A stretch of DNA of 64,000 nt from Octopus vulgaris (Eukaryota), in assembly GCA_951406725.2 (NCBI GenBank), contig OX597818.1, positions 27,032,001 to 27,096,000 of the forward strand, read 5' to 3'. This document shows, in pieces, positions 1 through 13,740 of the stretch. Both the position numbers and the translations under genes were made by a program. The notes below the pieces were generated by a model, which did not search any database, had not been told where the DNA came from, and saw nothing but the letters and a program-made list of their open reading frames with translations. Every line of letters starts with the position of its first letter. Positions within the stretch are counted from its first letter, which is position 1.

Positions 1-140
1 CCCATTACTCCCTTGGAGTGGTTAGTATTAAAAAAGAGCATCCAGCCATAGATAACCATTGCCAAGCCTTTCAGTGTGCCAACCCAGTCAAACTGTCCAA
101 CCCATGCCAGCATGGACAATAGACATTGTATAATGATGAT
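1..140 (+). mobile_element. Fragment of RTE-LINE 3' UTR-type repeat (family C)
   Basis: Ends in tccaacccatgccagcatgga...aatgatgat, the tail shared with copies at 14390, 58640, 59340 and 61190. Confidence 0.7.
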
Positions 141-1799
141 AGAGTATGATTTGGGGGATATTTGACTGTAGATAAAATGAACATGTAAAGGTTCATTCAA
201 CAAAATCTTGAATATTGTTTTAAGTTTCATTCTAGCAGTGCATAGGCAGAAACAGGCTTGCATAACTGCTTGCAGTTTTTGTTCCAGCTCCACATTCAAA
301 TCCTATCAAGGTTAACTTTTCCTTTTATCCTTTTTGGGATCTGCAAAGTACTGGGTTCTTCTCTATATCTCTGAATTCACCATCATCATTTAACGTCCGT
401 TTTCCATGCTGACATGGGTTGGACAGTTTTTACTTCTGGGAATGACTTGCCATGCTATCTTTTTAATATGGTACGAGATGAGCTTTGTAGGCAAAGCTTT
501 AACTGAATTATGAAGCTGCATTACTAAGTGGTCACAGTTTCAAATCAAGTTTGAAACTTCGTCTAATATATTGTTAGACCAAAATTTGCATACATATCCA
601 ACTTATTAGTAATTTATGTCAAAATGTATTAGTTACTGCAGTTAGTCGACTTTTTCTCATGTAAAAATATCTAAAAACTAGTGTTTAAAATATTACTAAA
701 GAAAAATTCTGTATTAAGAATAATATTCATTATTCTATTTATCTTTAATGCCACAAATTATTGAATTTAACTTTTGCCTGTCTTGTGTATCACCTGAGTA
801 AAGAAAGCATTATATTGCTGAAAACAAGGGCTAGCTGAAAGTCTGAAACCAATGTGGATGTTTAGGACAGAGTTATGAAAATGCTTTGGAATGGTAAAGG
901 GTTAAAAAGAAACCCAAAGTTTACAAACAATGCTGGTTCTTGTTTCTAATAAGATATCTGAATGGAATGAATTCTGATTAAAGAAACTTTGATTTTGTTA
1001 TATTCAATGTATAATTTTAAAATTTAGTATTGAATAAGGTTGTTAGTTATACATACAAAAGGCTTTCTGCACAGTTTGTGTCTATCAAATTCAACTCCCA
1101 TTTTTATAGGTCAGTCTGGAAGACACCTTTGATGCTGTGTAGTGGGGTTGTATCCAGAATTATTGGTTGCAAGCTGACCTTCATAACCACTTATTCATGC
1201 CTATAAATTTGTATTTATTAAAACCTGTGAATAATATGTGAATCATGATGCAATTTCTGGAGATCAAGATTCTCTGGCTTAAACCAAGCTTTAAAGTATA
1301 TTTTTAAACCATTTGTTCCCTTCTTGTTCTATTTTCAGCAATAATGAAATTCCCTGATCAATTAAGAAGGTTTAAAGCTTAAATATTTAGGATAGAAATC
1401 AAAGTGACAATATTAAAAATAAAATGATCTTAATCTAATTCAGTTACGAACTCTTGAAAAATATTTTTTTAGGTTTCTTTACCAAACATTCTTAAAAATC
1501 TGTCCCAAAATATACTAACTTCCTGGTATAGTAAGTGAAAATAATTATGTTAGGCAACAAAGTACAGCTAACATTTAGATTTATTACTGCTGTGAATGTG
1601 AGCTCTGTAAAGCCTTTGTGGCTAAGAGCTTATACTTCTTAAAATAAATAAAAATATCTATTGTCAGATATGTATTGTATAATTTAGTTACAACTTTAAA
1701 AAAAAAAACAACTTATTCGATTACCTTGACCCTGATATAAATGGGTGTAAAAATACTCTGTTGCCTTCAACAACTGAGTTCATTATTTTATTGAATATC

Positions 1800-2787
1800 A
1801 AAAGAGGTTGATGAGAGAAACTATTTGAGTAGAGAAAAAGAAAGGAAAGACAGCAGATACTTTGAACTGGGTGATTGGGAGTGAAAGACTGGAAAAAAAT
1901 GCAGAAAGAAAATAAAATAAAAATGTAAAAGAGAGAAGTGAAAAGAAAGCAAAAATAAATGAAGTTCTCTACTGCTGTTATCTGTGCTTGTCTCTGAAGT
2001 TAAAAATGAGTGAGTCATCAGCAAATGTGAGGAAGTGAGTCTGAGTGTCAGAATGGAGAAGAGAAATGATTGTAGGAACTGAGTAAGAGTAATGCTAAAG
2101 CAAAGATGACAGAGGTGGTAGTAATGAAACAGAAATATCTGAAATGGTAGATGTGGGTGCATTAGCTATGAAGACAGAGTTATGTAATAGAAGCTAAAGT
2201 TTGGTTGGTGGCAATGATGTCAAAGAAAGGGAAAGTAAGCCTGTGACTTGACCATAGAATTTAATGCAGAACATGATCCAAGTCATCTCAACTTCTGTCA
2301 ATGATCAACAAAACATTACTCATTTCTACACTGGGGAATTTCACTGTGGAATTTCATGTGCATAATTCTGTCCACTAACCTATTTTCTAAACCCTCTCCT
2401 TATTCATATCCTTTCTCATTTAATAAACTCTCCCTTTTATTCTCTGCTGATTTTTCTCCAATTACCCTTTTCTTCTCTTCTCCCATCTCCCTTACCCAAT
2501 TATTCTGTCTTTTAATTTTACTGTTATTTCTTTTTACCTATACAACACCAAATTAATAATCCACAATAGTTTTCAAACCAACAGGCTCACTGTCCTCTTA
2601 ACTACTGACTCTCTATCCTTTTTGTTTATATAATACACATACACACACACACATACACATGCTTTCATGCACTCTCAGCTATCTTTTATATAGACAAACT
2701 CTCCTATCTGTCCTTCCCATTATATATCTAGTGATTCATTCTTTGTTTTAAAGACTTTATGTTCCTCTCTTGCCTTTCTTTAAAAAT

Positions 2788-2820
<33 letters not shown>

Positions 2821-4350
2821 CACACATACACATACGCATACACACTCATATACGTGCGCCTTCAAACACACTAACTGTCCTCTTTTGCTGTTATCTTCAT
2901 ATACCAACTACTTACTCCATGTCCTCTTCACTTCCTACTTTTCTATCCTTCTCATCATAGTGTTTCTTTGTCATTTTTGCTATACTCTCTGCTCTCTCTC
3001 TGTGTATGTATGTGTGTGTGTATAAATTCATTCCATAGCCATGCAATGTAGACATTCCCTTTATCTACAAACTCTTTTTATATCCTTCTCGTCCCTGTCC
3101 ACTTTATTGAGACACTCATACCATTTTTATATATATCTTACTCGTGCCCATCCTAGTTATATACTTAGTTTTCATCTCCTCTCATATTCTTTATATAAAT
3201 TTTGTGTCCCTCTTTATTTACAGAAAACACAAGCCCTCACTTAATCTTTTTTTGTAGCAAAAGCTTGTCACTTTATTTGCTTTCTCTTTAGCTATATTAT
3301 TTACTGACACATTCTTTATGTAAAATACACATGCATACACAAACGTACACACACATCTATATAGATGATAGATAGATAGATAGATAGAGATAATGCATAT
3401 ATATATGCACATGTGTGTATACTGAAAACAGCCCTCTCTTTTCTCCTAGAAGCCTATTCATTTCCTACCTTTCTCTATACATATATCTACTAGCATTCTT
3501 TCATTGTCAGGCTGTTAACTCTCTTCCCTTCACCACATTCATACTGAATGAAGAAAACACACACACACACACACACACAAAAGTATACCCCCCATCCCTT
3601 CACTACATAGATCTACTGACACTGTCTTTCAGTTTCATTAATTCTTTCTTTCTCCTTCCATCTTTACTTGTGCCTCTCTTTCTCTTCCTTATCACTTATT
3701 TCGCCACCACAACTGTTCTTTCTCTCTGTCTCTCTCCCCTTTCCTCTGTCTTAGGTACAATATAATTCTTTTTACAGATCTATTAACATAAATTGTGTGT
3801 AAGTTCACATGCGTACACGCTGTCTCTTTTCACATAGCTTTCTCTTCTTTTTCTTTTACCCTACTCGCACTTTCTCTTTTTCTTTCCTTTTCCGAACTAC
3901 TGATTTTTTTTTTTTCACTTACACTGCCCCTCTCTTTTTAGTTTTCCCTTTCTTTTCCTTCTTCCCTCTGACCCTTCAGTCATTCTTAATTTCATTCTTT
4001 CTCTGTTCACATCAAATAAATCTCTCTTTCTTGCATTTATGTTCCATAACTCTATCCTCACTTATGATTTCCTCATTTTTTTTTTTCATGCTCCCCTTTT
4101 TTTTTTCTTTCAAATTTCTTATATTAAGGTTTGTTTTTCTGTACTATACACACACACACAAGAAAAGATTTGTGCAAAGTGATGAGACAGGATGAAAATT
4201 CTTTCAAAACCTGTAAGGCACGAACCGAAAGAATTTGAAAAATGAGAGAATAAGAGGGATTATAAGTAAAAACAAATTATCAATGGGAGGATTGGGAAAT
4301 TAAGCAGAATGAACATGAAAGACACTGAGGGAGAAAAAGAGAGGAGGAGA
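1800..4350. repeat. Strand-asymmetric purine/pyrimidine low-complexity tracts with (CA)n, (TA)n and (TAGA)n microsatellites
   Basis: 1800-2250 and 4190-4350 are purine-rich on +; 2380-4140 is pyrimidine-rich. ORFs here are F/L/S-rich compositional artefacts. Confidence 0.7.
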
Positions 4351-4468
4351 GAATAACTATATCCTTTTAAGCTCTCCACTTATCTTTACACACATGAACA
4401 ATCTCGACCAGTCTATAGCTGTTTCTCCTGTGCTATCTGCAGTAAACAGTTTAAAGCCCAGTCCTTAC

Positions 4469-4521
4469 CTAGTTATTTTTGCCGAGGAGTGGGATACCAA
4501 ATGCTTGATTTTTTTTTCCAT
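4469..4521 (-). CDS. Candidate coding exon of an unidentified host gene (MEKKIKHLVSHSSAKIT, phase 2)
   Basis: ATG at 4521 is followed by 17 codons and a strong donor AG|GTAAGG at 4469/4468. The frame is open back to ~4755, and a T-rich acceptor (ttttttactag) sits at 4871. Non-repetitive context, but no recognised homology. Confidence 0.3.
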
Positions 4522-6204
4522 TTCCAATGCAACAACCAAAATGCACGTCCAAGCACTCGTGCATAGTATACATGCATTTATAGTGTAAATTATATAGCCA
4601 TATTGTTTGTTTAATATGTGTATCAAGTCTTTATATTTCTTTGTTTTAGCAGAAGTTAAGGAAAAAAAATCTACCATAGGCTGAATTTTGTCAAGCACTT
4701 CATATATGATAAACGCGAAATTTATATTTTGTTTGGTTTGCTTTATTCTTCTCAAACATGCTAGTTTTTCAGTTTTCAGCTCAACCTAACTAGATTTCAG
4801 CTGACACATTCACATATATTATAGAGTAATGTAAACAGTAGGTAGAGATGGATAGATATGTTATAAGAATCTAGTAAAAAAATAATATAAAAAAAAAATT
4901 TAAGCTGTGGCCACGATTTGACTGAAACTGTTTTTGTGTAAACATACTCAAAAAATAGAAAACAAACGAGAGATTTATGAATAGAAAAAATGACAAAGAA
5001 ATATTTTTCTTGTTTGTTGTAGATTGATTTAAACGAGAAATTTATAACGAAAACATTTTTTTTTTTTTGTAGTAAAATGTTTTAAAAAATTGAGAAAGAA
5101 ATTAAACAGATTGATATTGTCACTGAATGCTATATCTGCACATTTGTTTATAATTGTGTAGCTAGCATGGTAGACATTGATACTGTTATGTGTGGGTTGT
5201 TTGTCAGTTAGTTGCCTGAGCAAAATGCAGCTTTCTCTACGACTACTGATTTTCCTCTTTTCAGTTCTCTCATGTTTTTTAATTAATAATGTTTAGTTTA
5301 GATTTCTTTTCTTCACTTTTTTTTCCCCCCAAGTAATTTCTTTCACTTAATGATAGATAACCAACAAGTATGTATTCAACTGACATAGTAGGCAGCAACT
5401 TCCATGTGCTAAGATATTTTAAGTAATATGAATAAAATTACTGTAATAAAATAATGAAAAAAAAAAATTAATTGATGCCTTTTGCAGAAGAAGTTTTAAC
5501 TGTAAATGATCTTTCTGATTACGAAACAGGTCAAAATACAAGGTCAAAGAAACACAAGCAAGAGCATATGCATATATTATGCAAATCAATTACATAGTTG
5601 TCTTTATAAAGATGTATTAAATATAGACGAATATTAAAATGAATTGTTAATAGACTTAATATCTTTTGGCTGCCTTCCGCCAAAGAGCCTAATTAATTAA
5701 TTATTTATGCCTGAACTTATCTCATCCTGCAGAGATAAACTATGAGTATGAAATTATGAGAACACACACACACACACAATATTTATCTATTAGGTATTTT
5801 ATGTTTTTGCACACACGTTTATCCATTAGGTATTTTATATTTGTGTGTGTATATACACACATACAATATATATGTGAGTGTGTGTATTTATGTTTTTGCA
5901 CACATTTATATATATTAGGTATTTTGTATGTGAGTATATATATATCTAAGTGTGTGTGTCTGTATTACGATGCATTGGCACATGATACAAGAATTATATG
6001 AAATTATTAAATATTGTTCCTATTATAATAATAGTAATTCCCTGAGATCAATAAATCGATAAATGGCACTACATGTAAATGTATGTGTGAAAGAGTGACC
6101 AGAAAAAACTTAAATTATATTTGTTTGAAGATCTATTCCATATTTTGTTGCAACAACAGCACTATTAAAATAAAATCTCTACATGTGTTTGTGTGTGTAT
6201 AATT

Positions 6205-7870
6205 CTTTTAAAAGTGTCAGTCCTAAGGCTGCAGCCATGATGGGGGCTATGTAATCAACTTTTCAATGGTCATTCCTAGGCAATTGGCTTTTGGTGAAGG
6301 AGGGAGTTCGACATAACTGCCTTCTTTTGAGTTTCCTGCTGTGATGTAGGTTCATCTAGGACCTAAGACAACTGGAGTTCATTTTGAAAACATCTACCCC
6401 TACTTCATGATGTTCCCTCAGATGTTTTGGCAAGGCATTAAATATCAATAGGCCCTTGAATCCCAAGTTACTGCAATATATGATCCTCATTCTAAATGGG
6501 ATACCTAGAGCCTTTGGAACAGTGCAGTGACGTCCAGTTCAGAAGTGGGGGACTGGTATAGCTCTCAATGCCAAAGTTTGGTGTCAATTCCTCAGGATCT
6601 TCCATACATATATCATTGCATACCTATCCCATCTTTACTCCAGGGAGTAGAGTCATAGCTCAATCTCTCCCAGTGGCTTAAATATTCCATTGATGTAGCA
6701 CTGCTGAACTACCTCAAGTTCCACTATAAATTTCACACTCTGGGGGTAACCACAATTGAGAGTAGTAGACCAGATTGCTGAGTACAAATGTCCTCCAGAG
6801 AACCAGCATAGTTTCTTAGTCCCGTGTTCTGAAGGTTTTCAAAATGCATCCAGCCATTTGCTTGCACATTGTCACCATCTTGGTGATATGTATGTGAAGC
6901 AAAGCATCATTGCTCATATCAGTCCCCAGATCACACACTATCTATGACTCTGGGATTGCTGCTCATTTTGGTTCAAAGTATCATTGTTGTGGCATGTGAA
7001 CACCAGCTGGCTCATAGCGAAGGGCTTGGAATTTTCTTCCATAAAATTACATGTTTTCTTCAGCCCATCTATCTATAGCATCTAAGTCTTTCTGTAGAAG
7101 ATTAGCATCAAAAAGTTACTTGACTACTTGTACTATTTTTTGTGTCATTAGTATGGTTGGTAAGTGTGCCTGTCTGTGTAACTGATGGTATGTCTGAAAG
7201 AGATACCATTAACAGCAGTGACCCCAAAGTAGTTCTTTGAGGCACTCCACTCTCTATTACTATCTCCTTGGAGAGGGCTCCATTGGCTGTCATAGCCTGG
7301 CTTCTGTCTTTTAAGAAGTCATATACCCACTCTCCCTGTTTTCCAACTATGCTGAATCTCTGTTGCCAGTGAAATATCATCCCATGAACAACCTTATCAA
7401 AGGCCTTTGCAAAATCAAAATATATCGCATCCATGCTTGAGTGATTCATTAACTGTTTCAACACCCGGTCAAAAGCTGTAAGGCAGCTTCTTCCTGAGCA
7501 GAAGCCATGCTGGGCATCAGGGAGCGAGTCATTATCTTCAAGGAATGCACTCAGTTTCCTCCTGATAATGCATTCCATGATTTTGCTGACACGAGAGATT
7601 AGAGACACAGATCTATAATTTTTAGTATCTGCTCTGCTACTTCCCTTATGGATAGAACATATGCCTTCCCATATTATGCCTTAACTTTTTAGGAAGTCTC
7701 CCAGTTGCAAGGAAGCTCTGAAAGAGGATCTATAGTGGTCTTGCTAGAGTCCTTTTGCATTTCTTTAAGATTGCTGAGAATCCCTCAGGGCCTTTGGCTG
7801 AGTTTGAGCTAATTTCATCAATGGCTGATATTACATCTGTTTCTTTTATTTTGATGATATCAGTAATTAC
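6205..7870 (-). mobile_element. 5'-truncated, decayed CR1-group LINE (RT domain and 3' end)
   Basis: ORF 7108-7608 has RT motifs QHGF, DFAKAFDKV and SGVPQ. The 3' tail reads catggctgcagccttaggactgac on minus. Many stops and frameshifts. Confidence 0.9.
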
Positions 7871-8033
7871 CATATATATATATATATTCATAAATGAGGG
7901 TGAAAAATTAGATATTAATTTAATAATTTAACGTTAACTCTCTTATATTTACGTATATATATATATATGTATGCATATAATATGCCTGTATGTGTATAAT
8001 ATGCATATATGTGTTTATGTATGTATATATATT

Positions 8034-8555
8034 AGGGTTATTCGAAAAGAATGAACCAATTTCATTACGCAATATTTTGATAAGGAAAAGCAATAGAAAA
8101 CTCCAGTTAAGTCACAAGTATTTACTCACACTCAACTTTTATTTCCTGTCTTACCAGTGTTCAATGTAATCACCACCTGCAGCACGGGCAACATCAATGC
8201 GATAAGAGAATTCCCCTCAGATGCATATCAGCATATCAAAAGTAAGTTCATTATGGGACTAAAGAATAAATTTGCTTTGCTTAAGGCGGTTCCAGAAGAT
8301 ATTAACATAGAAGGGAAATGGAAAAACTTCAATAAAGCATTCAACTAGACAGCAGAAGAAGTACTCAGTGGATCGTGATATGCTGATATTCATCTAGGAG
8401 GAATTCTTTCAATACATTGATGTTGCCAGTGCAGCAGGTGGTGGCCACATTGAACACTTGTTAGACAGGAAATAAAAGTTGATTGTGAGTGAATACTTGT
8501 GACTTAGCTGGAGTTTTCTATTGCTTTTCCTTATTAAAATATTGCATAATGAAAT
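8034..8555. mobile_element. Fold-back (MITE-like) element with ~180-bp inverted arms derived from a Tc1/mariner 3' end
   Basis: 8059-8238 is the reverse complement of 8376-8555. The arm encodes ...[15 protein letters not shown], a typical Tc1/mariner C-terminus. Confidence 0.85.
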
Positions 8556-8693
8556 CATGTATGTATATGTATGTGTGTGTGTGTATATATATATATATGT
8601 ATGTATATATATATACATATGTATTTGTATATATATATATATATGTATGTATACATATATATATGCATATGTATACATATATATATATGTATG

Positions 8694-8731
<38 letters not shown>

Positions 8732-8737
8732 TGTATG

Positions 8738-8776
<39 letters not shown>

Positions 8777-8778
8777 TG

Positions 8779-8817
<39 letters not shown>

Positions 8818-8845
8818 TGTATATATATATATATATACACATATG

Positions 8846-8877
<32 letters not shown>

Positions 8878-8900
8878 TGTATGTATACATATATATATGC

Positions 8901-8931
<31 letters not shown>

Positions 8932-8990
8932 TGTATGTATACATATATATATATGCATATACATATATATGTATATACACACATATATAT
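8556..8990. repeat. Compound (TA)n/(TATG)/(TACA) microsatellite
   Basis: Direct inspection; source of the IYIY pseudo-ORFs. Confidence 0.95.
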
Positions 8991-9330
8991 AGGTGCAGGA
9001 GTGGCTTCTTTCCCAACGACATGGTTCTGGGTTCAGTTCCACTGTGTGGCCTACCAAAGCCTTGTGAGTGAATTTGGCAGACAGAAACGGAAGGAAGCCT
9101 GTCGTATATATATATATGTGTGTTTGTGTGTATATATATATGTAGTTGTGTCTGTGCTTGTCCCTCCCCTTCACTTGACAATCGATGTGGGTGTGTTTAT
9201 GTCCCTGTAACTTAGCGGTTAGGCAAAAGAGACTGATAGAATAAGTCCTGGGGTTGATTGGTTCGACTAAAAGCAGTGCTCCAGCATGGCTGCAGTCAAA
9301 TGACTAAAGCAAGTAAAAGAGTAAAGGAAA
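8990..9330 (+). mobile_element. tRNA-derived SINE (family A), partly deleted
   Basis: Head aggtgcaggagtggct...gggttcagttccactg, internal TA/TG run and tail gctccagcatggctgcagtcaaatgact. Homologous to 60691-61100. Confidence 0.85.
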
Positions 9331-9359
9331 ATAATAAAATAGAATATATATATATATAT

Positions 9360-9510
9360 TGTTAGAATTTACAAACAACAAAACACGAAGACAGGTGTGT
9401 AAACAACGAATAGGTGTATTAGTTTAATGCTCAGGAAGGTGAGAAAGTCTTTTACATTTCGAGCCTATGCTCTTCAGGAGAATAGAACATGAGAAAATAA
9501 ACAGAGAGAA
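9360..9510 (-). mobile_element. Short PLE-like terminal repeat fragment with a degenerate HHR motif
   Basis: Minus strand reads ctcctga-a-GAGC-atag-GCTC-GAAA-tgta-aaaga (9446-9485). Confidence 0.45.
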
Positions 9511-9542
<32 letters not shown>

Positions 9543-10142
9543 TATATTATTACTTGATTGAATGCCAGGCATCCATTTCCAAGTAAGTTTACCTTATATA
9601 TATATATATATATAAATAATATATTTGTGTATATATATATATATAATGTCCAACCCATGCTAGCATGGGAAGCGGACGTCAATCGATGATGATGATGAAT
9701 ATATTTGTATGTATATAAATAATATGTATGTATATATATATATATATATATACATATGTATGTATGTATATATGTATGTATATATATATGTGTATATATA
9801 TGTGTATGTATATATATATGTGTATGTATATATATATATATATGTGTGTGTATATATATATATAGTATAAATAATATATATATGTGTATATAATATAAAT
9901 AATGTATATGCCTATATAATATAAATAATATATATGCATATATAATATAAATATGTATATATATATACGATATAAATAATATATATGCATATATGATATA
10001 AATATGTATATATATAAATATAAATAATATATATGTATATATATAATATAAATAATATATATGTATATATAATATGAATAATATATATGTATATATATAT
10101 TATATATATGTATATATAATATAAATAATATATATATATATA
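9500..10142. repeat. TA-rich minisatellite (unit ~tataatataaataatatata) with a family C tail at 9645-9695
   Basis: Repeated ataaataat motif in a TA background; the same unit resumes at 13405. Confidence 0.9.
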
Positions 10143-12060
10143 TAGGTGTAGGAGTGGCTGTGTGGTAAGTAGCTTGCTTACAAACCACATGGTTCCGGGT
10201 TCATTCCCACTGCGTGGCACCTTGGGCAAGTGTCTTCTACTATAGCCTCGGGTCGACCAAAGCCTTGTGAGTGGATTTGGTAGACGGAAACTGAAAGAAG
10301 CCCGTCGTATATATGTATATTCGTTTTTCTTGTTTCAGCTCAGAGCTGTGGCCATGCTGATGCACTGCTGTTTTGTGCTACACTGTTATTACTAAGAGCC
10401 TCCTCTAATATGTGGCACTTGGTGAAGAATGGAGTTTGATATAGCTACCCTCATTTGCACCTCTTGCTGTGAGGTTGGTTCATCTGGGACTCTCGACAGG
10501 AAGATGTTCAGCTTTGATTTAAAAACTGCTACATCTACTTTGTGCAAGTTCCTCAGACTCTTTGGGAGGATATTAAAAAACTGTGGGCCCTTGAAACCCA
10601 GGTTGTTGCAGAAGCTGGTCCTGAAGCATGATGGCATTGCTGGGATCTTTGGCACTATGCAGTGTCATCCCGTTCTAGCATTGGCGTAGCTTACAATGCC
10701 AAAATTTGGCACAATTCCTTCCAGGATCTTCCAGATATATATATTACTGCATACCTCTCCCATCTTCTCTCCAGGGAGTAGAGTCTTAACTGTTTCAACC
10801 TTTCCCAGTAGCTGAGCTGTTGCAAAGAGACGATCTTCTTTGTGAATCTTCTCTGGATTGCTTCAAGGTCCACTGTTAATTTCACACTGGTGGGTGACCA
10901 TAGCTGTGAGCAGTAATGCAGGCAGCTGAGGACGAATATCCGCCAGAGGACCATCATGGTTTCCTTATCTCTGGTTCTGAATGTTCTTAGGATCCATCCA
11001 GCCAGTTGTCTGAACTTTGTCGCCATCCTGGTAATGTGCACTTGGAAAGAGGTATCATCACTCATGTCGATACCCAGGTCCCTCACAGACTTAGGCTCTG
11101 GGATTGAAATTCCCTGTGGACCGGTGTACCCTGTAAGTTTAATATTCAGTTTTGGATGCTGGTAGCGCAGGGCCTGGAATTTTTCAGAATTAAGCTGCAT
11201 ATTATTATCCTCAGCCCATCTGTAGATTGAGTCCAACTCCTGTTGCAGGTGTGCAACATCACTGGGGTTCTGTATTTTCTTTGAGACTTTCGTATCGTCT
11301 GCATAGCTTGCCAGAGTGGCTATCCGGGCATTTCAGGGCATATCTGAGAGGGCCACTATAAAAAGCAGTGGTCCCAAGACAGTGCCCTGTGGAACACTGC
11401 TCACTATTTGTGTGTTCATAGAGGTGCCTCCATTAACCACTACTGCTTGACTCCTATCTTTCAGGAAGTCGTGTAACCACACTCCAAGTTTTCCAGCCAT
11501 GCCGAGGTCACGCAGTTTGTGGCATATTATACTATGATCCACCTTGTCAAAAGCTTTTGCAAAATCAAGGTTGATTACATCCACATTTGATTTGTTGAGT
11601 AACTGCCTCAACACCCAGTCATAATGTTGTAAAAGCGATTAGTTTCTTTCTGACTATCCGTTCCATGACTTTGCTGATGTGTGAAGTCAGAGAGATAGGC
11701 CTATAGTTTTTGGCATCTGCTCTACTTCTCCCTTTATGTATTGGGCATATTATTCCCTCCTTCAGCTTCCTTGGCAGTTTGCCATTTGTAAGAAAACTCT
11801 GGAAGAGAATCTTGAGGGGTTTTGCCAGGGCATGCTTACACATATATATATGTGTGTGTGTGTTTGTCCCCCCAACATCACTTGACAACCGATGCTGGTG
11901 TGTTTACGTCCCCGTAACTTAGCGGTTCGACAAAAGAGGCCGATAGAATAAGTACTAAGCTTACAAAGAATAAGTCCTGGGGTCAATTTGATCGACTAAA
12001 GGCGGTGCTCTAGCATGGCCACAGTCAAATGACTGAAACAAGTAAAAGAGTAAAAAGAGA
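10143..12060 (+). mobile_element. SINE family A split by a LINE insertion (5' half 10143-10320, 3' half 11839-12060)
   Basis: The two halves join into a sequence colinear with the intact copy at 60691-61100. Confidence 0.9.
10321..11838 (-). mobile_element. 5'-truncated CR1-group LINE (RT and C-terminus)
   Basis: NYRPISLTS, LDFAKAFDKVDH, VPQGTVLGPLLF, YADD (11296-11307), YCSQLWSP and LSYWERLKQLRLYSLERR. Internal deletion near 11630 removes the QHGFR block. Confidence 0.95.
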
Positions 12061-12076
12061 TAGAAAATAATGTATA

Positions 12077-12118
<42 letters not shown>

Positions 12119-12121
<3 letters not shown>

Positions 12122-13404
12122 GGTGGGGAAGCAAAATTTACAATGAACGTTAAGTTGTTTTTTCTCAGCAGGCACTAAGTCATTTGTTTTGAAACCTAGC
12201 ATATATTGATGTCATATTCATACCTAACACTATTATCCTTACCTTTACAGAAACTTTTGCTCATATGAGTAATCAGGAAAGCAAACGTCAAAGAGTATGT
12301 AGTTTGCTGAAAGCACTCGTCACACCAAAGGAGATTTCAAGAATAGTTGGAGTGTCCATAAAGACTGTTTATAATGTAAAGAATAGAATGACTATGAGCA
12401 AAACTATTACGAGGATGTCTGGAAGTGGAGGAATGAACAAAAAACGTACCAAAGCTTTTATTAAAGCTCTCAAATCCAAAATCCTAAAGGATTCAACCAA
12501 ATCCATGAGAAAAATGGCAATTGAACTTGAGGTAGACAACAAGACCATTAGAAATGCAATAAAATATGATTTGAGGTTAAAATCACAAGAATACCAAAAC
12601 ACTTGTTGACAACAGTTATAAAGGAAAATACATTGGTAAGGTGCAAGAAAATTATTACATAGTCCAAGAAAAAGTCCTCCATTGTAACGATCTTTTCAGA
12701 TGAAAAGATCTTCACTGTTGGTGCTGTTCTGAACTGCAGAAATGACAGATTTATTACTAAATCAACAGCTGAGGTTAAGTGTACATTCAAAATAAAACAT
12801 CCTGCTCAAGTTATGGCTTTTGGTGTTGTGGCTTCCGATGGAAAGAAAATGCCTATAAAATTCTACAAAGCTGATGAAAAGATCAATGTTAATACTTACT
12901 ACAAGACTCTGAGATACCAGTTATTGCCATGGCTTAAAGCAAACTACGCAGATGGTATTTATGTATGGACACAGGATGGTGCTCCAGCCCACACAGCTAG
13001 AAAAATACAAGATTTCTGCAAATCCAACTTTAGCAATTCTTTGGAATCATGTTTATGGCTGCCTTCTAGTCCAGATCTAGACCCTCTGGATTATGCTAAT
13101 AGGGGCGTTTTAGAACATTCTACCAATAGAACATTACACAGCAATGTCAAGTCTCTTAAAGATACTATTAAAGAAGAATGGGAGAAGTTGTCTCCTGAAT
13201 ATTTGAGGAACACTTGTGCAAGTTTCAGGAAGTGTGTGAAGGCAGTTATTGTGAAAGAAGGGGGACACATAGAATAAGAACGTTTTCTATTATGTAAATT
13301 TTCTTGTGGCAAATAAATTCTCATGACTCTCAATAAACTAATTAGTCATACACTGTCTTTCAATCCCTGCCTCAAAATGTTGTAAATTTTGCTTCCCCAC
13401 CCTG
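12119..13404 (+). mobile_element. maT-family (DD37D) Tc1/mariner transposon, full length but with frameshift and stop
   Basis: TIRs CAGGGTGGGGAAGCAAAATTTACAA at both ends with TA flanks. N-terminal HTH, IFSDEKIF, and WTQDGAPAH...SPDLDPLDY with 37 residues between the second and third D. Confidence 0.95.
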
Positions 13405-13547
13405 TATACAATATAAATAATGTATATATATATATATATATATAATATAAATAATGTATATATATATATATATAATATAAAGAATATATATATATAATAT
13501 AAATAATGTATATATATATATATATTTATATATATATAATATAAATA

Positions 13548-13599
<52 letters not shown>

Positions 13600-13740
13600 A
13601 ATAATGTATATATATATATAATATAAATAATGTATATATATATATATATATACACACATATGTATATGTATATGCATATATACATATGTATATGTACATA
13701 ATTATCTATGTATTTTTACATATATATATATATATGCATA
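13405..13740. repeat. TA-rich minisatellite (tataatataaataatgtatata units)
   Basis: Direct inspection. Confidence 0.9.

Noticed and set aside
8409-9210. Long IYIY/YTHT/CVCV ORFs here and at 9679, 13338, 48797, 55449 and 62429
   Set aside because: They are translations of microsatellites, which lack stop codons by composition.
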